Below, one piece after another: positions 20,045-28,109 of a stretch of 64,000 nucleotides of DNA. The stretch covers positions 1,664-65,663 of the forward strand of contig CAKOYB010000001.1 in NCBI GenBank assembly GCA_934130435.1. Direction: 5' to 3'. The notes under the pieces are model-generated. The model was not told the DNA's origin. It did not search any database and saw nothing but the letters and a program-made list of their open reading frames with translations. Positions within the stretch are counted from its first letter, which is position 1, and each line of letters opens with the position of its first letter. Both the position numbers and the translations under genes were made by a program. This DNA is from an uncultured Clostridia bacterium. GTDB taxonomy: Bacteria; Bacillota; Clostridia; TANB77; CAG-508.

Positions 20045-20908
20045 TTGAATAATTCGACCACAAATTTAATTATTAATTCAATTAACACTATGCTTGAAAA
20101 AATCTTTTCCTCTGTTGATAATAATCTATACTCTGTATTAGATTATTTTGTGTTTATTGATACAGATATATTAAACGATAAATATCTTAATAAAATATTA
20201 GGTTCTAATACTTCTGGAATCCTCTTAATTTGTAATTCTTTGATTTTTGGAATATTATTATTTTTTTCAATTAAATATTTTTTCTCTCATCTTGGTATAA
20301 CAAACTCAGACCACCCAGTACAATTTATATTTAAACTAGTTGTTTTTTCAATACTAATGAATTTTTCTTTTTTTATTTGTAAAGAAATTATATATATTGT
20401 ATCTCTCATTTCTTCATCAATACGACAGATTGGTGAACGATTATTTTCATCTTCTATATGTTTTTCGAAATTAATTGAAAATCTAAATGTTATTATTTCT
20501 ACTAATACTTCTATTGATATATTTTCTTTAGATGGTTTAATAAAAAGCTTTTTATCTTTTGGTCTTTTAAGTCTTGCAATAACTTATTCTGTAAGATACG
20601 TTCTAATAAAAGTTTTTATTTTAATTTCCCCCTTTGCTTTTATTTGTTTAGTTAACACCTCTACTTCTATTTTTTTCAAGTCATGGATAAAATCCTTTCT
20701 TTCTTTATTATTAGAGCAGGTTTTTATTGCTATAGTTTTAACTTTTATTTTTTCTTTAAATTTTTCATCTTCACAACTCACTTCAAAATTTATTCTAGTT
20801 GGATCAATTCTTGTTTTGTCAAAGGCTAATCATTTCGTTCGAGAACTACTAGGAGGAATTGGAACAGATATTGGGTTAAATTTTTCAAGTATAAAAAAAA
20901 CATTTTAG
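20045..20908 (+). CDS. VirB6/TrbL-like polytopic membrane protein
   Basis: 287 aa with about 6 TM helices. TTG start with AGGAG 9 nt upstream. Position and topology fit VirB6-like; sequence similarity not verifiable here. Confidence 0.4.
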   Translation: MNNSTTNLIINSINTMLEKIFSSVDNNLYSVLDYFVFIDTDILNDKYLNKILGSNTSGILLICNSLIFGILLFFSIKYFFSHLGITNSDHPVQFIFKLVVFSILMNFSFFICKEIIYIVSLISSSIRQIGERLFSSSICFSKLIENLNVIISTNTSIDIFSLDGLIKSFLSFGLLSLAITYSVRYVLIKVFILISPFAFICLVNTSTSIFFKSWIKSFLSLLLEQVFIAIVLTFIFSLNFSSSQLTSKFILVGSILVLSKANHFVRELLGGIGTDIGLNFSSIKKTF

Positions 20909-20920
20909 GTAGGTGATTTT

Positions 20921-21205
20921 TTGAAATTTATTTTTCCTCAAAACTACAATTTTAATAATAAATTTTTGGGTATTATGGATTACTCAACACTAATATTAAA
21001 TATTATTTTTTATCTTTTTATTTTTTGTATTTCAAATTTATTATTTAAAAATATTAATTTAAAAATATTTTTTTGTATTTCTTTTTCTCTTCCTTTATTA
21101 ATACTTAGCTTAACTGGTATAAATAATGAAAATATTTTTCTTGTTTTTATATATTTAATATCTTATATTAAAAGACCTAAAATATATTTATTTAAAAAAT
21201 TTTAA
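20921..21205 (+). CDS. Small 2-TM membrane protein (possible VirB3-like)
   Basis: 94 aa. TTG start with AGGTGA RBS. In G+ T4SS the VirB3-like gene usually sits directly 5' of virB4. Confidence 0.3.
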   Translation: MKFIFPQNYNFNNKFLGIMDYSTLILNIIFYLFIFCISNLLFKNINLKIFFCISFSLPLLILSLTGINNENIFLVFIYLISYIKRPKIYLFKKF

Positions 21206-21278
21206 TTTGTTTTCATTGTATTCATTATTAAAAAATGTTATAATTTAGTCATATTGTTATTTAAGTGGGTGAATTATA

Positions 21279-22241
21279 ATGAAGTTAGAACAAAATGACA
21301 TGCCATTGCTTTTTTCTAGCACCGAAATCCCTGATATATTTTTTACCGAATACTTTTCTGGGGCATCAGGTGATTTTATAAAAGTGTATTTATATATATT
21401 ATTTCTTTCAAAATATAATAAGGATATAAAATTAAATGATTTATCAAAGAAAATCGCAATTACTCTTCCAGTTATTCAGGAAGCTCTTTCTTTCTGGGAA
21501 CAACAAGGAATTATTACTAAAAAGGGTTCTGGTTATATTGTAAATAATCTAAATGAAATTGAACTACATAAGCTATATTCACCAAAACTTTCAATTTCAG
21601 ATAAAACAACTGCAAAAACTGAAAAAGAAAAACTTCGTTCAAAAGCAATAGAATCTATTAATACTATGTTTTTTCAAGGAATTATGTCACCTTCTTGGTA
21701 TAGTGATATAGATTTATGGTTTAAGAAATATGAATTTGATGAAGAAGTAATGATTGCATTATTCAGATATTGTTTTGAAAAATCTGCTCTTCACAGAAAT
21801 TATGTAAAAGCTGTTGCAGATGCGTGGCACTTAAACAATATAAAAACTTTTTCTGAGTTAGATTCCTACTATGAAAAACAGGAAAAAATTAATAAAATAA
21901 AAAAGAGTATATCTAAGAAATTAGGTCTAACAAGAAAACTAACTCAATACGAAGAAGCTTACATAGAAAAATGGATCTCTGAATATAAATATAATCTTGA
22001 TGTAATAGAAATAGCCTTGAAAAAAACAACATCAAAATCTAATCCTAATTTTGATTACTTAGATAAAATGATTTCAGATTGGTATGACAAAAAACTTTTA
22101 AACTCAGATGATGTAAAAAAATATTTATTAGAATTTAAAAATAAATCTAAGCAAATTAAGGAATTAGAAAAAAAGACTAATTATCAAAATTATGATCAAA
22201 GAAATATTACAAACTTTGATGATTTATATGCAAACAATTAG
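21279..22241 (+). CDS. DnaD-domain replication initiation/membrane attachment protein
   Basis: 320 aa with a DnaD-like winged-helix N-terminus and C-terminal DDBH2 region (WYSDIDLWF..., YIEKWISEY, DYLDKMISDWYDKKL). Confidence 0.7.
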   Translation: MKLEQNDMPLLFSSTEIPDIFFTEYFSGASGDFIKVYLYILFLSKYNKDIKLNDLSKKIAITLPVIQEALSFWEQQGIITKKGSGYIVNNLNEIELHKLYSPKLSISDKTTAKTEKEKLRSKAIESINTMFFQGIMSPSWYSDIDLWFKKYEFDEEVMIALFRYCFEKSALHRNYVKAVADAWHLNNIKTFSELDSYYEKQEKINKIKKSISKKLGLTRKLTQYEEAYIEKWISEYKYNLDVIEIALKKTTSKSNPNFDYLDKMISDWYDKKLLNSDDVKKYLLEFKNKSKQIKELEKKTNYQNYDQRNITNFDDLYANN

Positions 22242-22261
22242 ACTAAAATGGAGGTTTTAAT

Positions 22262-23251
22262 TTGAATAATTCTACTTTAAAAGCATTGTTAAAAGAATAT
22301 GAACAATCTCGTTTAGAAAAAGAATTATTATTAGAAAAAAAATTAAATGATTTTTATGAAAATAATCCTGATGTAAGTTCTATTATTGAAAAAATAAATA
22401 GAACTTCAATTGAAATCTCTAAAAATATTCTTTTAAACAAAGATCCCAAAAAACAAAAGGAATTAGAATTAATTTTAGAAAAATATAAGAAGGAAAAACA
22501 ACTGTTATTAAAAAAGTTAAATATATCTGATGATTTTTTTCTTCCTGATTATTCTTGTAAATTATGTAATGATACTGGATATCTAGTTAACAATAGCACT
22601 ATTATGTGTAGTTGTTTAAAACAAAAATTATTAAATATCGAGTATAATAGATCCAACATTTCTAGTTTGGAAAAAGAAAATTTTAACACGTTTGATTTTA
22701 GTGTTTTCTCTAATAATGCAGATGAAAAAAAATATAATTCAAATATTTCTCCTAGAGAAAATATCAAAAAAATAAGAAAAATTTGTGAAGACTTTATACA
22801 AAACTTTAATAATCCCAAAGAAAAAAATTTACTTTTTACAGGCAATACTGGACTTGGAAAAACATTTTTAACAAACTGCATTGCAAATGAATTACTAAAA
22901 TCCGGTAAAACAGTATTATATCAAACTTCCCCTGTAATGCTTGACTCTATACTTGATTATAGATTTGGAAAAAATAATAATTTTAATTATTCCGATTTAT
23001 TATCTGTCGATTTGTTAATAATAGATGATTTAGGAACTGAAAGTTTAAATAATATGAAATTTTCAGAGTTATTTAATATTCTAAATACTAGGCTTTTAAA
23101 TCAAAATCATCATATAACAAAAACTATAATTTCAACAAATTTAAGCTTAAATAATTTATTCAAGACATATGATGAAAGAATTTTTTCAAGACTCGCTGGA
23201 TATTATAATATTTGCAAGTTTTTTGGTGATGATATACGTTTAAAAAAATAA
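22262..23251 (+). CDS. Helicase loader, DnaC/DnaI (IstB-like AAA+) family
   Basis: Zn-binding cysteines (CKLCNDTGY...CSC), Walker A FTGNTGLGKTFL, Walker B LLIIDDLGTE. Confidence 0.75.
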   Translation: MNNSTLKALLKEYEQSRLEKELLLEKKLNDFYENNPDVSSIIEKINRTSIEISKNILLNKDPKKQKELELILEKYKKEKQLLLKKLNISDDFFLPDYSCKLCNDTGYLVNNSTIMCSCLKQKLLNIEYNRSNISSLEKENFNTFDFSVFSNNADEKKYNSNISPRENIKKIRKICEDFIQNFNNPKEKNLLFTGNTGLGKTFLTNCIANELLKSGKTVLYQTSPVMLDSILDYRFGKNNNFNYSDLLSVDLLIIDDLGTESLNNMKFSELFNILNTRLLNQNHHITKTIISTNLSLNNLFKTYDERIFSRLAGYYNICKFFGDDIRLKK

Positions 23252-23266
23252 TACTTTTTAATAAAA

Positions 23267-23296
23267 TAAAAGAGAGGTCAATCCTCTCTTTTATTT
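23267..23296. terminator. Bidirectional terminator between dnaC-like and convergent gyrA
   Basis: AAAGAGAGG-TCAAT-CCTCTCTTT hairpin with flanking T runs. Confidence 0.5.
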
Positions 23297-23308
23297 TGTT
23301 CTTTTTTG

Positions 23309-25744
23309 CTATTCTTCAATATCTGGTGTAATTGTTTCTATACTTACAACTTTACAATTATCACTTGTTCTCATTAATGTAACTCCTTGCGTTGATCTTC
23401 CTAAAATACTTATATCTTTAACCTTCAACCTAATTATTGTTCCTGTATTTGTTATAAGCATAACATCTTCTTCGTCTGTTGCTATTCTTATTCCAACAAT
23501 TTTTCCGGTTTTAGGTGTAATTTTATATGTAATAACTCCTTTACCACCTCTTGTTTGAACTCTGTATTCATCTAATTCTGTTCTTTTTCCAAATCCATTT
23601 TCTGTTATAGCAAGAAGAGTAGCTTTGCTTCCTGAAATTATAGGTTCCATTCCAATGACTTCATCTCCATCATTTATCTTCATTCCTATAACTCCTTGTC
23701 CTGTTCTTCCTATTGGTCTTACGTCCTTTTCTGCAAATGTAATACATAATCCCTCTCTTGTTACTAGCACAACGTTATCTTCTCCATCTGTCATTCTTAC
23801 ATCTATCAACTCATCTCCATTTTTTAGAGTTATTGCTTGAAGTCCAGATTTTCTTGCTGAGTTATATTCTAATAATGCTGTCTTTTTTATCATTCCTGTT
23901 TTCGTAGCCATTAAAAGATATTTTCCTTCTGCAAAATTTGAAATCGGTATAACAGCTGAAATTTTTTCATCTCTATCTAATTGTAATAAATTAACTATGG
24001 CTGTTCCTTTGGCTGTCCTTCCAGCCTCAGGTATTTCATATCCTCTTAATCTGTAAAGTTTTCCTTTATTAGTAAAGAATAAAATTGTATCATGTGTAGA
24101 AGCAGTAAATATTTGCTTTACAAAGTCTTCTTCTCTTGTTGCAATTCCTGTTATTCCTTTTCCTCCTCTTCTTTGACTCTTATATGTGTCTATTGGCATT
24201 CTCTTAACATATCCAAAATGAGTTAATGCAATAACAGCTTGTTCTTCTTTTATTAGGTCTTCTATTTCAAAATCTCCTTCTGCTGCAACTATTTTTGTTT
24301 TTCTTTCGTCTCCAAATTTTTCTTTTACTTCAATTAGTTCTTTTTTTATAATATCAAAAACTAATTTTTCACTTCCTAGAACATCTTTTAAATATGCAAT
24401 TAACTTCATTAATTCTTCATATTCGTTTTCAATTTTTTCTCTTTGTAAGCCTGATAATGTTTTTAATCTCATATCAAGAATTGATTGGGCCTGAATTTCA
24501 GATAGTCCAAATCTTTGCATTAATCTTTCTTTTGCATCATCATATGAGTTCTTTATTATTTCAATAACTTCATCTATATTATCTAGAGCTATTTTTAATC
24601 CTTCTAAGATATGTGCCCTTGCTTCTGCCTTATCTAGGTCAAATTTTGTTCTTCTTAAAACAACTTCTTTTCTATGTTCAATATAATATTCCATACATTG
24701 TTTTAATGTTAATATTCTAGGTTCACCATTTACTAATGCAAGCATTATAATTCCAAATGTATCTTGCATTTGAGTATGTTTAAATAGTAAATTTAGTACA
24801 ACTTGTGCATTTGCATCTCTTTTTAGTTCAATTACTATTCTAACTTTCTCTTTTCTATCAGATTCATCTCTAATTTCTGAAATTCCTTCTATTTTCTTTT
24901 CTTTTGCTAGTTCAGAAATATTTTGAATTAATTTTGCTTTATTAACTTGGTATGGTAAAGATGAAACTATAATACGTTGTTTGTTTCCAGACATTTCTTC
25001 TATTTCTGTTTCAGCTCTTAATGTTATTTTTCCTTTTCCAGTTGTATACGCTTGTTTTATTCCTTCTCTTCCTAATATTAGTGCTCCTGTTGGGAAATCT
25101 GGTCCCTTTACAATTTTCATTAAATCTTCATCACTAATATCATCTTCATCGATAATTTTTATTATTCCATCTATAACCTCTGTTAAGTTATGTGGTGGAA
25201 TATTAGTTGCCATTCCAACTGCTATTCCAGATGAACCATTTATAAGAAGTGCCGGTATTTGAGCTGGTAAAACAGTTGGTTCTTGTAGTCTATCATCATA
25301 GTTTGGCATAAAATTTACGGTATTTTTTTCAATATCAGCCAACATGTAGTTTGATATTTTAGCCATTCTTGCTTCTGTATACCTCATTGCAGCAGCACCA
25401 TCACCATCTATTGATCCAAAATTTCCATGTCCATCAATTAGCATATATCTAAGAGAAAAGTCTTGTGCCATTCTAACCATTGCATCATATACAGCCGCAT
25501 CGCCGTGTGGATGATATCTTCCTAAAACTGAACCTACTGTATTTGCACATTTCCTGTATGGCTTATCTGATGTTATTCCATCTTCATGCATTGCATATAA
25601 TATTCTTCTATGTACTGGTTTTAATCCGTCTCTAACATCTGGTAATGCACGTGAAACTATAACACTCATAGCATAATCTATATATGCAGTCTTCATTTCT
25701 TTTTCAATGTCTCTTTCAATTATTGTTTCTCCTGGTCTGTCCAT
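23309..25744 (-). CDS. gyrA: DNA gyrase subunit A
   Basis: 811 aa; active-site region AMRYTEARM, GyrA box QRRGGKG. Full length. Confidence 0.95.
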   Translation of the reverse strand: MDRPGETIIERDIEKEMKTAYIDYAMSVIVSRALPDVRDGLKPVHRRILYAMHEDGITSDKPYRKCANTVGSVLGRYHPHGDAAVYDAMVRMAQDFSLRYMLIDGHGNFGSIDGDGAAAMRYTEARMAKISNYMLADIEKNTVNFMPNYDDRLQEPTVLPAQIPALLINGSSGIAVGMATNIPPHNLTEVIDGIIKIIDEDDISDEDLMKIVKGPDFPTGALILGREGIKQAYTTGKGKITLRAETEIEEMSGNKQRIIVSSLPYQVNKAKLIQNISELAKEKKIEGISEIRDESDRKEKVRIVIELKRDANAQVVLNLLFKHTQMQDTFGIIMLALVNGEPRILTLKQCMEYYIEHRKEVVLRRTKFDLDKAEARAHILEGLKIALDNIDEVIEIIKNSYDDAKERLMQRFGLSEIQAQSILDMRLKTLSGLQREKIENEYEELMKLIAYLKDVLGSEKLVFDIIKKELIEVKEKFGDERKTKIVAAEGDFEIEDLIKEEQAVIALTHFGYVKRMPIDTYKSQRRGGKGITGIATREEDFVKQIFTASTHDTILFFTNKGKLYRLRGYEIPEAGRTAKGTAIVNLLQLDRDEKISAVIPISNFAEGKYLLMATKTGMIKKTALLEYNSARKSGLQAITLKNGDELIDVRMTDGEDNVVLVTREGLCITFAEKDVRPIGRTGQGVIGMKINDGDEVIGMEPIISGSKATLLAITENGFGKRTELDEYRVQTRGGKGVITYKITPKTGKIVGIRIATDEEDVMLITNTGTIIRLKVKDISILGRSTQGVTLMRTSDNCKVVSIETITPDIEE

Positions 25745-25883
25745 TATAAAATAACCTCTTTTCTTTGCATTTTAAAGTACTTAAAATGCTTGTTTCCTTA
25801 CGGATTTATTATACTAAACCTTCCAAAAATATGCAAGAAAAAAAATACAAAAAAGCCAAAAAACCTTCTAATTTGCGACAAAC

Positions 25884-25914
25884 TTGACATAAACTTTTTT
25901 TTATGAGGTATAAT
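25884..25914 (+). promoter_or_regulatory. Putative sigma-A promoter (TTGACA-19-TATAAT) divergent from gyrA
   Basis: TTGACA 25884-25889, TATAAT 25909-25914. The 19-nt spacer is suboptimal. Confidence 0.3.
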
Positions 25915-25958
25915 AATTATAGATAATTTTAAAAATTATTTTATTTAAGGAGGCAATT

Positions 25959-26189
25959 GATGTCTTAGAACAGATAAATAAACAGAATCGTGAAAAAAAT
26001 ATAGACCAAACTTTTACATGTAACTATCAAGGTTGCATTGATATTGATAAACATCCATTGTTTTTTAAAACTGCTGAAAGAACAGAATATACAAAAGCCG
26101 ATGGAAGTTCTGCTGAAACTCTGGGTAATAATTCAATTATCTTTGATCCAAGCAATATCTTAAATGATCCAGACGAAATTGGAAGATAA
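25959..26189 (+). pseudogene. Start-less 76-codon ORF after a strong RBS and a 2-codon mini-ORF (probable gene remnant or leader)
   Basis: AAGGAGG(25947-25953) then TTG ATG TCT TAG. An overlapping +2 frame stays open for 76 codons with no ATG/GTG/TTG near its 5' end. Confidence 0.3.
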
Positions 26190-26201
26190 AATTAAATAAA
26201 A

Positions 26202-26239
26202 AAGCCGCTAACATTATTTCATTAAAGCGGTTTTTTTTT
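26202..26239 (+). terminator. Terminator-like hairpin with a T9 tract
   Basis: AAAGCCGC...GCGGTTTTTTTTT. Confidence 0.45.
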
Positions 26240-26316
26240 ATTATTTAATTAGTTAAAATTTTATAAGAACTTCTTTTTTCCTTCTTAATTTCATACAGTT
26301 TCATTTTTATAGTTTT

Positions 26317-27042
26317 TTATACCAAAATTTGTGCTAATTGTTTTTCTTCTTCTGATAAATTATAATTAATTCCTTTATTTTTTATTAATTTATGTATGTT
26401 TTCTATTTGTTTTGCTTCTTTAATTGTACTTTCTAATGGTATTATATCTTCTATTTCTGTTTTTATTTTTTTATATTCTCTTTCCATACCTTCCATGTCT
26501 TTTGCTGAATAACAGTTTTTCCAGTTGGAAATATATTTAGTTGTTTTTTCAATTGAATTAACTTGTCCCAAAAATTTATCTTCTATATTACTTTCAATTG
26601 TATTTAATATTGCATTCTTTCCTTTTTTTATTAATGTTGCTGTTCCCTTTTTCATTAGTTTGTTTTTGGCCGCATTGTTTACAACATTATTAATAACATC
26701 TGATACATTATCTATTATTCCACCTTTTTTAATTGCTGTTTGTACTTGGGATAAATTATCAAATTTTCCAGTAACAATTCCTAGTGCACTTTTTCCTAAA
26801 TCAATAGCTGAATTTATTGCAACATTTATCCCTTCTTTAAGCCCACTTGTTAACATAGTATTTTTTATGTTGATTATTTGGTCGTCAATTAATTTTGGAA
26901 AAATTGCCCTCAATCCAATATCTATGCCGGTATTAATTATTTTTCCAAATGTTGTTTCTAAAAAATTCTTTTGACTCTTCTCTGTTACTAATTCATTAGT
27001 TAATGTTCTAATTTCATTATTATTCTCTAACTTATTTTGCAT
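26317..27042 (-). CDS. Hypothetical soluble helical protein (241 aa), last gene of the gyrB-gyrA island
   Basis: No TM helix or signal peptide. Repetitive amphipathic N/K/I-rich helices. No recognisable motif. Confidence 0.5.
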   Translation of the reverse strand: MQNKLENNNEIRTLTNELVTEKSQKNFLETTFGKIINTGIDIGLRAIFPKLIDDQIINIKNTMLTSGLKEGINVAINSAIDLGKSALGIVTGKFDNLSQVQTAIKKGGIIDNVSDVINNVVNNAAKNKLMKKGTATLIKKGKNAILNTIESNIEDKFLGQVNSIEKTTKYISNWKNCYSAKDMEGMEREYKKIKTEIEDIIPLESTIKEAKQIENIHKLIKNKGINYNLSEEEKQLAQILV

Positions 27043-27098
27043 TATTATTATTTTGTAAAATACTTTTCTTTAAAATATTTTACATCCTCCTTTATTTT

Positions 27099-28109
27099 TT
27101 ATAGTAATATTTCATTTTTTATAATACTAATAAATTTTCTTTTTTCTTTTTTATTTAAAAAATTTATATTAACTTTATTATCTATTATTAAATTTATATT
27201 TGAAATAAAATCAATTTTTTCAATTTTACTTCTTAAATTTAAGGTTTTTTCTAGAATATTTTTACTTAATGCATTTTTATTATATTTGTTTAATATTATT
27301 TTTATATTATTTTTATTTTTTATTTTATTTATTATTTTATTTAATTCTAATAAATTATTTTCTATTATAAATATTTCTATATTCGCTTTTTTGAAAAAAT
27401 TTTCTTTATTAAAATCAAATAATAAATAATCATACTTTTCTTTTAAAGTTTTTATTTTATTATTTATATTTATTTTTTCTTCTTTACATTCTTTAATGTT
27501 TATTATACTTAAATTTTTATTTATTAAATTAAAAGATTTAATTCCTTTATTTGGTAAATAAATTTTTGTTATTGAATTACTCCATTCATCTCCATCTATT
27601 ATTAAAACTTTCTTACCAAATTTTTTAATCAATAATTCAGTAATTATAATTGAAAAAAATGTTTTTCCACTCCCTCTATTTCCAAATATTCTAATTGTTT
27701 TATTTTTTTGTTTTTTATTTAATATTTTAATTTTTTCATTAATTGTTTTTGAATTTGTTTTTTTTATTTTTATATAGGTTATATTATTTTGATTTATTAT
27801 TTTTTGATTTTTTTCATTAATATTTAAAATAAAAATAATTATTTTTATTTTATTATTTATTGTTCTTATTTTTTTTATTAGATTAATTAAACTAATATTT
27901 CCTATTAAACTTTCATTTAAAAATATTAAATCAACATTTTTGTCTTTTTCTAATATTTCAATTATTCCTTCTTTATATTGAATGTCTGAATTAATTATTT
28001 TTATTTTATTAATTTTTTTTATTTCATTTAATATTTTTGTATTATTAACAGCTGTTATTGTATTTATATTTTTTTCTTTATATAATTGTTCTTCTTTCAA
28101 ATTCATCAC
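27099..28109 (-). CDS. ParA/MinD/CpaE-like P-loop ATPase with N-terminal receiver-like domain
   Basis: 336 aa. N-terminal half resembles a pseudo-receiver (DLIFLNESL). C-terminal half has IFGNRGSGKTFFS...KKVLIIDGDEW, the ParA/MinD/TadZ arrangement. Overlaps the upstream ORF by 32 nt. Confidence 0.5.
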   Translation of the reverse strand: MMNLKEEQLYKEKNINTITAVNNTKILNEIKKINKIKIINSDIQYKEGIIEILEKDKNVDLIFLNESLIGNISLINLIKKIRTINNKIKIIIFILNINEKNQKIINQNNITYIKIKKTNSKTINEKIKILNKKQKNKTIRIFGNRGSGKTFFSIIITELLIKKFGKKVLIIDGDEWSNSITKIYLPNKGIKSFNLINKNLSIINIKECKEEKININNKIKTLKEKYDYLLFDFNKENFFKKANIEIFIIENNLLELNKIINKIKNKNNIKIILNKYNKNALSKNILEKTLNLRSKIEKIDFISNINLIIDNKVNINFLNKKEKRKFISIIKNEILL

